DNA of 64,000 bases from Leucoraja erinacea (taxonomy: Eukaryota). The stretch covers positions 14,632,001 through 14,696,000 of the forward strand of contig NC_073382.1 of NCBI RefSeq assembly GCF_028641065.1, in the 5' to 3' direction. The notes below the pieces were generated by a model. That model did no database searches. It had not been told where the DNA came from and saw nothing but the letters and a program-made list of their open reading frames with translations. This document shows positions 48,048 through 60,615 of this stretch, piece after piece (positions within the stretch are counted from its first letter, which is position 1; each line of letters starts with the position of its first letter). The position numbers and the translations under genes were made by a program.

Positions 48048-49056
48048 CTGTGTGGGTGCGTTTGTGGATTTTTAAGTTCTCTGACCTGGCGAAAACTTTG
48101 CCGCAGCCGGGAAACGGGCAGGGGAACGGCTTCTCGCCGGTGTGAACCCTGATGTGATTCACCAATTTGTATTTGGCTTTGAAAGGCTTGCCTTCCCGGA
48201 CGCACTCTTCCCAGAAGCAGATGTGGTTGGTCTGCTCCGGACCTCCGACATGCTCCACCGAAACGTGGGTGACCAACTCGTGCATAGTGCTGAAGGTTTT
48301 GTTGCAGGACTTTTTGGGGTTGGCCAGTTGCTCGGGATCGACCCACTTACAGATGAGTTCCTGCTTGATGGGTTGCCGCATGTATCGGAAGAAGGCTCCT
48401 GCACCGCGATGCGTTGCCATATTCATACCCATGTTCATATTCATCTGTCCATAATTGTGGTGGTGGTGGTGCACCTGGGCAGCCGAGAAGGGGTCAGTCC
48501 TGGGACACTGGTCCGAGCGCCCGAATACTTCACCGGCCAGCCCCAAGCGCATTTGGCCGTTCAGGACGTGCGCGTTTGGAGACGGATGCGATGCTCCTTG
48601 TTCGTGGATGCCGGGGAACAGAATATGTGCCGAGGTGTCCGAATGTGGGTGATGTAAGCCCCCTGGGCTCGGTCCGAAGATACCGTGTTGCCCGGAGCCC
48701 GGGCTCGAGTCGGTGTAGCCGCGGCTGCGGAAGATAAAGTCCCGCGTGGAGTTGAAAGCGGCGCCCGAGTAGGAGCCGACATGAGCGGCGTGGGGAGCTA
48801 AAGCGGACGGGTATCCCGGGCCGGCCGCCGCTTGTGCGCTGAAAGCCGAGGTCTGGGCAGCGGACGGGTCGTGGTGGACGCCGGCATTCAGCTTGAAGGC
48901 GCCCATGTGCGCCGAGTCGACAAAGGTGTTCTGAGACATGGCCAGATCCCGGTCGGACATGTCGGCGGTGGCGTGGTGGTGGTGGTGGTGGTGGTGGTGC
49001 CTCGCGAAGGTGCCCACCCCGAGGGTGGGGAACTGCGGTCCCGCATCCAGCAGCAT
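48048..49056 (-). CDS. ZIC2: ZIC2 exon 1 (MLLDAGPQF..., ZOC motif FNSTRDF, ZF-NC, zinc fingers 1-3); spliced protein 452 aa
   Basis: ZIC2-type residues '[13 protein letters not shown]', '[10 protein letters not shown]' and '[14 protein letters not shown]'; donor ACAG|gtaagt, phase 1. Lies between PCCA and ZIC5. Confidence 0.97.
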
Positions 49057-49099
49057 TCCCCTGAAAGCGGGGAGCAAACAAACAAATCTCTTACTCCAC

Positions 49100-49160
49100 A
49101 ACCCACCCCCAGCACAACACACACACAAACACACACACACGCACACACACACACACGCAC
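49100..49160. repeat. (CA)n microsatellite upstream of the ZIC2 ATG; further (CT)n tracts at about 49470-49522 and 49845-49875
   Basis: Directly visible. Confidence 0.9.
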
Positions 49161-49659
49161 AGGTCAGTAGCAGCAGCAACTTCAGAGACGCCTTGATGTT
49201 GTCAGTGTTTACGGTGGTTTTCTAAAGGAATCAGAACGCACCAGTCCATGAATCACAAATCCAGCCCAACGATTCGCCCCTTCCCAACTGCCTTCTTTTT
49301 TTTTTGGCAAGTAAAAAAAAGCGTCGAGAAAAACGATCGAGCCAAATTATCGCGTGCAACTTTTTTTGATGTCCTTGAAACAGTTTGTTTTTATTGCGAT
49401 CACATTGAAGTTTGTTTTCTTCTGTGCTAAGAATTTCCCACGGAGAAAACGCATTTGAACGCTCTTGCTGTCTGTTTCTCTGTCTCTCTCTCTCTCTGTG
49501 TCTCTCTCTCCCTCTCTCTCTCTGTCGGCAGATGCGTTGTTGCCAGTGATAGCGATAATCAGAATGGCAGATAAATAAGGAGTAGAGATAAGAGAATCCT
49601 GAGGATAAATGCGTGGGATGGGGTTAGGGGGGGAGGGGGGCCTTAAGTTGGTTCCGTGC

Positions 49660-49830
49660 CTGTCATATGATGCAGAGATCGGCTGCTGGCTGGAGTGACG
49701 GCGCTTCTCCCAACACCCCTTTTAAACAGGACAGCGGCCACTCTATAATGGCTTTTCATTGGACAACTCCGCCTCATCCATTCCAGGTAGCTTGCTCCAA
49801 ACGCGTCGCCATTTTTCATTAATTACGCCT
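49660..49830 (-). promoter_or_regulatory. Probable ZIC2 core promoter
   Basis: CCAAT (49758-49762, minus), TATA-like TTTAAAA at about 49720-49726 and YY1-type CGCCATTTT at 49807-49815, in CpG-rich sequence 600-770 bp upstream of the ATG. Confidence 0.5.
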
Positions 49831-52800
49831 ACTTTGATTTGTGTTTTCTCTCTCTCTCTCTCTCGCTCTCTCTCTCCGAGATCGGCCATTACTGCACCAC
49901 TTCTGTCCCCCGCCAATACAACCGGCGAAGCACCAGCCTCGCGTTTTTCACTGCATAGCAATAAAAAGTTAATCGAAATCTGTTGTAATGACTTGCGAGC
50001 AAATTGTGGGAGTTGGGGCGGCGGGGAGAGGGCGTGGGGGCGAAACCAATGTCCACAGTATTATACGCGTTTCATACCCGCCTAGTGCATAACTGGTGCC
50101 TTTTACATGTAAATATGTAACATGTTATAAATCAGACAACTTTTTCAGGAACTTGTCGATTGAAAGGGTTGGGGGCATTACAACAGCGAGACGGACAAAT
50201 CCGCTTCTGATCAGATTCTAGTTGTGAGACTCGGCTTGTGAGCCAAGGCAACGGTCTAATCCGATTCGACACCTATTAAATTGCACACCATATTATTTTT
50301 TTTTTCAGTGAAATACGTTCCACGATGTAAGTTCGATTTATTTTACGTTCGATTTTGGAGGGAGCGGATTGTGAAATGAAATGGGAGCAGAAATGAAACT
50401 CCCCATCGATGCTCGGGCAGTGTATTTACGTCTTGTCACGGGCGGAACACGCCATGATTTCTGTTTGGAAAATCGAGGCCAGTGTAGTGGAGGAAGACTC
50501 TGCATTCAAGGGCAAGTCTGGAATGAGAAAACGAAAACCAAAGCAACATAACGGAAACAGCCCCCCCACCACCCCCTCCTCTTTCAACCCTGCTCCACCT
50601 CTCCTCTCGTCCCCCTAAACCACACAGAGTTAATTAAAAAAATCCAATGTTACGCTTTTTGCTGACCTTTTATTGTTCAGAAACGCCAATACTATAATAT
50701 GCCATGAACAAATATATAAACTGATGCAACACCGGAAGGATTTTGGGGAAAAAATGAATACTGCAATGAATTTAATGAATGTGCAAATAATGTATGGAGT
50801 TGAATGTTGGTTCGGCATCCTGCTTGTTTGCAACAGAGCTTCTTACAGCTTTTTTTTTAGTGGTCTGGGTTTTTTTTAACAAAGAACTTTTGGTGTTGGT
50901 TTAATTCACTAATTCCTGTCTAAAGCGGCGCAGCTCGTGCTCACCGCTATTCTTTCACTCCTCCAGGGCTGGACTCTGCAGGGACTACAGGAGCCGATCC
51001 AAGTTCAAAGTCACGTTTGCCGACTTTATTATTTCTCTGCAAACCGCCCCTTCCACCCAAAAAAAAACCCTCTACCCTTGGTCACTGAGGTTGCGAGAGA
51101 GAGAGGGAGAGAGAGAGAGATACAGACTGACAGAGAAAGAGACAGAGACAGAGACAGAGAGGGAAATGCAGAAATTCAATTGCATTTCGGTACCATGGTA
51201 GCAGAATGCAGACAGAAGCTGGAGGTGGACAGTGAGAAGGGCCAGCGGCGGCTAATTTATCAATTTAATGGTACTTCAACAGGTTTCAATAGGTAAGCAA
51301 TGAACTTACTATATGAGAGATGGTGCTGTAAGGCTACGGAGAATGTCTTTATCCACTTAGCCAAATCCAGAATCGGCTCTCGCCTTTATAGCGACAGCAC
51401 TTCTTTTGTTAGCGAGCAGGCTTGTTTTAATAACTGCCAACAGTGAAGCCCATACAATATCCTCTTTCATCCATATCAACCTTGTCACATATTTCAATCT
51501 ATTTTTGAATAAAGTTAGTGAAAGTGCGCCGGAGAACTCAACGCTGTATTCATGACAAGTAAATGTGATCGTTTTTTTTTTGTTTGGGCGGGGGGGGGGG
51601 GGGGGGGGGGGGCGATTAGGATCTGGGGTGGGATGTAGAGAGAACTTTTACAGCCATCAACGCTCGACAATGTTCCCGTTTCAGCTACTGCTTAGAGGAT
51701 TCTGTACGGTCGTTTGTTTTGCGTTTTGTTAGTTATGAAAATCCCTTGAGCACAACAGAAATATATTTTCTAAAAATATAGTTCTTCGACAGCATTTAAA
51801 TGGTCGGCAAGACAGAACGCATTGGGATCGGGGTGGGTGCGGGGAGAAATAGATAGTCACCTTTCCTTGTTATTCATTGTTTTGAATAAACAATTAAACC
51901 TTCTAGGTTATTGGGTGCAGTGAATAACCGAATGACATACATTTTTTAAAACTTTTCTTTTGATTCCGGCGATTACGTTAGGGAATCCAACGAGGGATTC
52001 ACACACACACATATATATATATATATATGTATGTAATGCTATGGAATGATAATATATATATCATTCCATAGCCTTTATAAAACACCGAAAATGCAACAAA
52101 TGTATATGTGCAAATTACACACGACTATCCAAATTATTAGATGTCTAAGCATTATGGAATCATAAATATGATTATTTCGAGTCGAGTATAGATGTAATCG
52201 CTTTGACTCCTAAATAAACATTGGTCGTGTTCGGGGCTATTTAACTTGAAGCAGTGATCTTTTTTTAAATAAAATTGCACCTCGTCAAATAAATTCAGCT
52301 ATATTGAATGTAAGGAATGTTAGAAACTCCTGAAATCAAATTTTATACCAGGAAACTCCCCTCGCGATATTATCTGTCAATAACGCGATTGAGCTTTAAT
52401 CCAATTGAGCTAATCAAGGGACTATTACTTTTCAAATTGCAGTTGCTCTTCCTTACTTTCGCTGTGACCTGACGTAAAGCTTCAATGGTATATACATTCC
52501 TTCCTTGAAAGCAAAATATATTTTTTTTAAACATAGGAATTCAATGGAAATAGTTTATGAAAAAATGTATTTTGTTGAACACATGCAACCCTTCATTGTC
52601 ATTTGATTTAAGTTAGTTTTCGAGTATTTCTTAACATAAATCAATTTTGTGTTCTGGCAATGTATGTCTCGCGAGATACAAATCGTGCAATGCATATATA
52701 TTATTGTGCGAATTTGCTTGTGAGACGGCAGGAGGAAGTGTGTGTGTTTTGCCTGCTGATATGGAACGGCGCAGACAACTTTGAACAAATGCAGTGTTGT

Positions 52801-54257
52801 TAATTTGATCTATACATCAAAGAGAGTAGAATTACAGTATGTATGGCTGTGTTAGTCGTGGGAACATTCTAGGAACACAGCTGAATGAGTCCACTTACTG
52901 GTTTGTGGAATACAGTTCCACACGTTAATATTAGTGACTGGGAACAGGAACTCGCTGAATTTGGATTGAGATTAATCATGTGTCCAGCTAAGGACTGAGA
53001 AGTTTTATGTACTTAAGCAACTAACCAGAGAAAACCACGCATTCTAAGTATGTACTGTGCTTATAAAGGTTATTTTAGATGCCACAACCGTGAACAGCTA
53101 AGGCCTGTTGCTTTCAGTCAAGCCGCGCACATGCTAGGAAATGCATATGTACATTACAGAACTGCAATATTGGAGCCTCTTCGACCTTTAGCGAAGCTTC
53201 CAAAAACATTTTACGATAGCATATTAAAGAAAGACAAACCGAAGTGACATGTGTTATCAGTTTACGAGATGGCGACCTATGATTGTTATTCCATAAATTA
53301 TATCTGCAGTTAACCCCTGTAAAGTCTGTCCTGTTTTAAAACACATTAGTGCTGTAATTTATATCGGAGGCAAGCTGTGGGTGTTCTGCACCTTCTTGTT
53401 ATCAGTATCTCAATCACATTCACATGAATCGTCCGACTACCGTGTGAAGGTAAAGGCTGCATGTGGCAAACGTGGGTCCTATTTTTTTTATTTGGAACAG
53501 CAGCTCACAAGTTCTTGCCATCAATTGATCGTTATTCACGAATGGGGGAGAAAAAAAGAGGAAGAAACGCGACGGGCGAGCACGAGATTGAAAAAATATG
53601 GTGGGGTGACAAATAGCAGAAAAAAACCCCAATAAAATAATGGGTTTGTGAAAGGCATTTAAATCACCTGTACATTGACCTTAGTGATCATCGTGACAAT
53701 AAGAGCAAATTGTTAATGTTTACAAAAAATATATGGCGGATGAACAATGCAATATGCAGTGTTTAATCAAAACATAAATTAAGTTATAAGAAAGGCACAA
53801 TGTTACATTTTGTCAATCCTTTGAAATAATCAATAAATTGCCAAGGAATCTCTTTCGCTAGAATTTGCTGAATTTTTTTTAGCATAAATTTTCATGGGCG
53901 AAAATGTCAAATTTGAAGGAAAACGTAAAATTAATTATCGCAAGGTCGGTTATATATATATTGCCATGTGCTTAAAGTAGTATAAGGTTTAGAGTACATG
54001 TTAATGTCTAAGGTTTAGAATTAATATACGTGTACATGTCTAAGGTTTAGAATTCATGCCTTCGGCTTGCTACATCGATATCGCTGCTAACCTGTTTTTA
54101 CCAAAGATTCCGCTTTAAAAAAAAAAAACCCTTAAAGGTTTAACCAACATTTAAGCAAAATGAAAGCTGGCTTTACTGGCTGCTGTAGTAAGGTTAATTA
54201 TGTCGTTTTCATCAAGGTAATATGACAATAATCCTGAATTTTGTGATTAACATGATT

Positions 54258-54450
54258 NNNNNNNNNNNNNNNNNNNNNNNNNNNNNNNNNNNNNNNNNNN
54301 NNNNNNNNNNNNNNNNNNNNNNNNNNNNNNNNNNNNNNNNNNNNNNNNNNNNNNNNNNNNNNNNNNNNNNNNNNNNNNNNNNNNNNNNNNNNNNNNNNNN
54401 NNNNNNNNNNNNNNNNNNNNNNNNNNNNNNNNNNNNNNNNNNNNNNNNNN
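54258..54450. other. Assembly gap (193 N)
   Basis: Run of N. Confidence 1.
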
Positions 54451-57400
54451 TGACGGAAAACTTGAAAGTCCCATACTCACATCTGCATAACCTGTTTGGG
54501 TCTGTGACTATCCAAAAGATCACAAACACAAGACCTCTCTCTATTCGCACTCTTTCATATTGGCCTGAATAAGTAGAAACACATTATAAACAACGTGTTA
54601 AACCGCTAGGAAGTGTTGAATCAAGTTTTACTGATAGTCTATTAATTACCCCATCCATTGAAAAGAAACATGTATCTGTTCAATAATTAAGGGCGTGCAC
54701 TCAAGCGTGTGGGGATTTTATGTGAATCCGGCCTTACAAGGCATGAGGTAATGGAGCGGCGGATTGCTATAAGGACATGGCTTGTATGATGTGGCAATTG
54801 ACAGACAACATGGCTTTGTAGGCAAGTTGTTGTGGTTTACCACCAGCAAGCACTAGAAAGGGACGAAGAACAATACTAAACACACACGACAATGCTTTCA
54901 GAACGTTGCATTCGGTCTGGCTCCACGCACCTGCATTTATCGTCTGCAGAGTAATATTATAGTTGCTTCTGAAACGACGAACTACCTTTCAGTCTACCTT
55001 TGTTTCCTCCTCAGTCGTATATATCTGTGTCCTTCTGGAATTCAAAATCTCCTTTACCCACCCATCGAATATCTTGCATTTTCATTCGGTGTTCTGTGGA
55101 ATCCAACACTTTGTTTCTAAAAGTTGGCATAATTTTGGCTGCCACTTGCTCTCTTCCATAATTGACGAGTTAGCACGCTACCACTTCTGGATTGTTAAAA
55201 TGTTATTATAATAATTCCTGTTTCCTTAATTTACACCCTCGCTTACTATCGTTTGTGTTACACAGGCTGCATTAATCACCACGTTATGATTCCACCAGAT
55301 CACTTCGCTGTGTTACCTATACTCTTACAATGACCATTATTTAGTTACACTACCCTGCTTAATAATTCAAATCACTTTGAATAGTCACCGGCATTCTACC
55401 AAATATAATGAACAGCTAAAATTAGAATTTTGAACTGGAAGCATAATGATGCTTTAAGAGTAATAAGAGATAATAAAACACCGGGAAATCGGAAGCAATT
55501 TCCTTAAAAATAACTAAGCCTGGAAAAACAGAAACAGGAAACCAATTCATTGCAATTATAACACAAGCACAGTGTTTAATGAGTATTTAGCTTTATGCTT
55601 TAGACAGGAGGGAGAGGCGCAACGTTGGGCTAAAGGAGCTCAGGAGGAGAAAATTAGTGCCAGATATTTGTTATATTTGAAATGTTTTTCACAATGATTG
55701 CGCTGTGAACACAATCCTAATTTACAAGTATCACCAACTTCTAGTTAAGTTCTTATTTTGTTCTTTTGCATCGGTCGTAGTCGATTTAAAGAAAAACCAA
55801 TGCAATCATTTAGGCCATCAAAATGTATAAATAGTTTGAATTTAGACACATTCAACTTCTTGAATAAATATGTGGAAATAAAATCGATTATTGAAGAAGG
55901 TGGACATTACGACATTAATCGATGACAGATATCATTTTTGAGTTTGCTAGGATGTTACAAAGCGGAGCGCATACTATCTAATCCCTCACCCCTGACAACC
56001 CAAATCCTAAAAAGCAATGTGTTTCTATAATCAATAATGATGGCAAACATTTTGAATGGAATAAAAGAAAACCTGGAGAGTGATTGTTTTTAATTGCAGG
56101 TAGCAAACACTCGTAACGGGATGTTCCGAGGAAAGTTTGTGATACGTTGAAAAGTGTCCACATGAAAGGAAATTTAAGTAAATTATATTTCCCCGTTGTC
56201 TTTGAATTTCACACAGCAATGTGAAAGTATGATCACACATTTCATAGCACACAGTCTTACCATGTTCCTTGTGGAAAATCTGAATCTCGCAGATGACGAA
56301 GGGACGAATAGCTTAAAGGTCAATATCAGGTGGGAGTTCATGTACTCACTTTCATAAATACGGAAAGCTAAATTTGGACAATTCACAAATACATAGAATG
56401 GCCAACTAACGCGTTTATGTTAGATCATGAAATGAGCCACCGCTTTATCCCACCTTATTTAGGCAAATGTCGCATTTTACATTAGAAATCTATACATTGA
56501 GTTGTGCGTAGGAGACTGATTATTGGTAAGCAGTCTTTGTGAACTAAAAGTCTATCAGTCATTTCTACTTACCTGGGATATTGCTAGACTATTTAACTGC
56601 TTCACCAAAAAATATTAGGGAAACTCCTGGCAACTCCTTTGCAATGTGGTCAACTATTTTTTAGTAATATTTAGCAAAGGTTCTGAACCGTGCAGTGTAT
56701 TTATTGTTATTATAAAGGGCAAGCTTGGACATCGTGTATATTTTCATCATAAGTCCCGGTGAAGTGTTGGGCGGGGAAAAAAACTGATGAACGACAAGGA
56801 TTTTTGAAGGACGTGCGCGACGATGGATTGGAATATTAAAATCGGAAGTTATGAAGATGCTTCAGAAAGGTGGTTGAAAGTAAATTACAATGAGTCTTGG
56901 GTAGACATGGACATACTACATGCATAAAATATGTCTTATGTGCAAAATCAAAGAGGTAACGATGCGAAAATTATCAAACACACAATTCTACAGTATTGAT
57001 AAGAATTAGAGACGCGTTAACAAGAAATAGCACTTCGGCAGATGCCTACATATACCTGTAACGTTACATCGGTTGAGTTAATAAAACAACCAGTCAAAAA
57101 GGTCTGAAGATATTGTGGCTTCCTAAGACCATACTGAGAAACCGAATTGATATAGAGAAGTCATACCGAGAAGTCAAAACACGGGAAATAAATCGGGTTA
57201 CATCAATCATTTCCAATATCGTGTTTCATACCCCTCTCGATTCTAATTCCATTTCAAAAAAATAATCTGAATGATTTGGGAATAGTATTCATATAAAATG
57301 TACATGTACAGTATCTAAATATCTAACTTTGATAAAGTGCATCCTTAAACTTAACCAGTGATTTTGTATAATTACGACTTGAATATGATCAATTTACTCA

Positions 57401-58969
57401 AATTCTAGTCATCGTTTTTTTTTGTAATTTTTATTTAACTCGGAATGACTTATTGGGTAGATTGTGTTACATTACGTGTCATAGGTAGGAAGGTATACTA
57501 AATAAGAAAGCAGCGCATTATTGTGTCTGTATATATGTATATTTAGTGTGTATTTATTTTGCGCTAACTTATTTGCTTTCATATACCAGATCCCTCGTAA
57601 AAAAATCAAATGAACCGTTTGACATTGAGAAGACAAACTAAATATAAGATTCCTCTCGTTTCTCTAAATGGAAACGTCATTTCTCAGCATTAGATTGAAT
57701 ACATATTCATTTAGTATTGAACATTGTGTTATAATTCCTAAGCTTTTCAGAACAATTGAACAATAATATGAAATCCACTTTGTATTATTACATTTGCGAA
57801 TAATTTATGAATCTTAATAAACCTAAATTATCTGATACTTTTATTTTTTCAATGTTAAGTTATATCTGCGTTAATCGGAGCCCACAATACTCGTTTCGCT
57901 GTTAAAAATAAAACAGTCGTCAAAATGTATTGGCAAATGAAATTTGAATAAAATATGAAAAAAATCAGAAGTGATACCAAACTGAGGATAGTAATCTTTA
58001 TCGAGGAGATGTAATGAGGTGCTGATGGCAATGAGACATTAGGCAGAACATATTATGATTCAAATGAGAATGTTGTCTCAGATAGGTTTAGCGAGATTCA
58101 AACTAATGGTTTTTACATAAGCCCCAATTAATAAAACCACAGCAATATTCCATGGAATGTTAGGTGTTATAATGTTATAAAGCTCCCTTTCATTCATCCT
58201 TTAAACCAAAATGAAAAAAAGAACATTCGCGCATTCCTCATTTATGACTTCCGCACAAAGCTTACATTTGTTGAATGCATTTGTAACCCAATGAAATTTC
58301 CTGCTCATCAGTATTAATAACGGTTGAAGATTGATTTTAAATGTGAATTATAAAAGGCGATGCCAAATTTGAAAAAAGTTGCATTGAATTTTGCACGTTC
58401 CTTCTACAACATATCCAAAATCTAGACTTTACTTGTAAAACCGTACATGTGTTACCGTCCTATTTTGCTGGTGTGTAAAGAATTCTATTAGGGTATCTCT
58501 AAATTGATTATTAGTAATTTGTAGTCAAAAGCACAAAGATATACAGTAGCGACGAGTTAAAGCTATATTTACATTCATGTCGAGTCATTATAGTTTTCCT
58601 AAGTTTGAATGTAAAATTAATACAGTGAAATATTTACATTGGAATTTTATAACCAGTTTGGGAATCAATTATTTTAAAATGCTCCAAGAAAACCACTATT
58701 GGTACATGTGATGTGTCATCAGTGCTCACAGCTAAGAAGCGAATTTAAAAGGTACATGACCACAACCAGTATTTTACATAAACCCTCCGGAGAGGGGAGG
58801 GGGCGAGCTAATTGCAATCTTTAAAGGCCAGTTATGGAGTTTCCGTGCCATATGAGTTTGACTGAACGGGGGGAGGGGTTTGGACGAAAGGGGAGGGGTG
58901 GTGGGACGAAGTTTACTTAAGTTTTGGAGTCCAAATGTGAGCAGAGCAACACTGTGTGAGTGCAGGCGG

Positions 58970-59018
58970 GGGGAATTGCAGGGGGGGGGGGGGTGGAGGG
59001 GGGGGTGGGGTGGAGGGT

Positions 59019-59053
<35 letters not shown>

Positions 59054-59058
59054 CGGGT
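58970..59058 (+). repeat. Long G-tract region (G-quadruplex-capable)
   Basis: About 75 nt of almost pure G upstream of ZIC5. Confidence 0.85.
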
Positions 59059-59059
59059 C

Positions 59060-59260
59060 CCGCTGCGCTGATCGCCTGAAAACGGGCGAATTGCCTGAAC
59101 GGCGCATCTGCCAATCACCCCCAAAGTCTCCAATCGCGGCAATGCCATCTCTGAACTATATTTCCCCACTGTGTCACCTAACTGTTCTATGATCTGCCAA
59201 TCGCCTGAGAACAGTGTGAGAAAGGCAGACTTAAGAGTGCTTTATATGTATTTAAAAAAA
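59060..59260 (+). promoter_or_regulatory. Probable ZIC5 core promoter
   Basis: Three CCAATC boxes (59111, 59130, 59197) and an AT-rich TATA-like segment at 59241-59257, upstream of ATG 59415. Confidence 0.55.
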
Positions 59261-59414
59261 AGTACTTTAACTAGGCTCAATAATTTATTTTCGGGCTTTG
59301 TTTTTTAGTGGGGCGGGGGGGGTGTGGGGAAGGGGAGGGGGAAGAGCGAAAGAGAGCGAGAGAGAAAAAAAACCTGTCCCACCAACAAGCGTGGATGGAC
59401 TGATTTGTGTAGCT

Positions 59415-60402
59415 ATGGAAGCCGCGCTAAGCAAGCGGTATCCGGGCCTGAGATTATCGGACTTGGCAGGGAATCAACAGCAGCCTCACCAGAACATGTC
59501 AAGCTTCCCGGGACTGGGCAGCCAGACACACACACACCCTGGGGAGATCAGCAGCGATCCCAGCGCGCCTCTCGCCCCATTCGGGCCCGAGCACATGGTT
59601 CAAGCCGGTGCTCTCAAACTCAGTCCATCTCAGCACATGGCTGCTCACCCCGAAGTCCAGGCAGCGGCGATGTTCGGCTCTGCACAGAACTCGGCCAGTT
59701 ACCCAGCGGGTCATTCCCATTCAGCCTACGCGAGCGGCAGGGACTACATTCTCAGGAGAGACCTTTCAGCATCTGCCATGCATGGACTGGGCGAACAACA
59801 CTCATCACCTTCCTCTCACCATCACCATCACCACCACGGCATGTTTCTCTCCACAGCGGGTAGCTACGGGCACTCGGAAGTATTCTCGGGTCTCCACGAG
59901 CAGTCTGCAGCAGGAACCCATCCAAATTTAAATGGGCAGATGCGCCTGGGGTTGCCGGGGGAGATCTATAGGCCGGAGCACTACCCGGCCTCTTCCCTGC
60001 ACAGTTATAACTCCATGAACTTAAACGTTAACCTGGCAGCGGCTCATCACGGAGCCGGGGCATTCTTTAGGTACATGAGGCAACCCATCAAGCAAGAGCT
60101 GATCTGCAAATGGATTGACCAAGACGACACTTCAAAGAAACCTTGCTCTAAAACTTTCAGCACGATGCATGAATTGGTAAATCATGTCACGGTGGAACAC
60201 GTCGGCGGGCCCGAACAGAGCGTTCACATTTGTTACTGGGAGGAATGCCCCAGAGAAGGCAAACCGTTCAAGGCGAAATACAAATTGGTAAACCATATCA
60301 GAGTTCACACAGGCGAGAAACCTTTCCCCTGCCCGTTCCCCGGCTGCGGGAAAGTATTTGCTCGCTCAGAAAACTTGAAGATTCATAAAAGGACGCATAC
60401 AG
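59415..60402 (+). CDS. ZIC5: ZIC5 exon 1 (MEAALSKR..., ZF-NC, zinc fingers 1-3); exon 2 not seen in the window
   Basis: ZIC5-type N-terminus 'ME..LSKR...LRL.DLA...Q.P.QNM..FP.L', plus 'GPEHM', 'RD..LRRDLSA' and '[27 protein letters not shown]'. Donor ACAG|gttggt, phase 1; head-to-head with ZIC2. Confidence 0.95.
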
Positions 60403-60463
60403 GTTGGTGTCTAACACTCTTGACTGTTCTTAGAGCCTTCAACAAGTACACCTCGCTTCCTCC

Positions 60464-60615
60464 NNNNNNNNNNNNNNNNNNNNNNNNNNNNNNNNNNNNN
60501 NNNNNNNNNNNNNNNNNNNNNNNNNNNNNNNNNNNNNNNNNNNNNNNNNNNNNNNNNNNNNNNNNNNNNNNNNNNNNNNNNNNNNNNNNNNNNNNNNNNN
60601 NNNNNNNNNNNNNNN
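60464..60615. other. Assembly gap (152 N)
   Basis: Run of N. Confidence 1.

Noticed and set aside
47857-49179. 440-aa single-exon reading of the ZIC2 ORF
   Set aside because: The N-terminal extension is translated (TG)n microsatellite from a TTG, and the C-terminal part runs past the gtaagt donor at 48047. The true exon is 48048-49056.
53983-54056. Three copies of 'taaggtttaga'
   Set aside because: Short local tandem duplication with no further structure.
54212-54572. ORFs spanning N runs (also the tail of 59298-60713)
   Set aside because: Artefacts of assembly gaps.
58774-59192. Poly-Pro and poly-Gly ORFs
   Set aside because: These are translations of the G-tract, with no splice or homology support.
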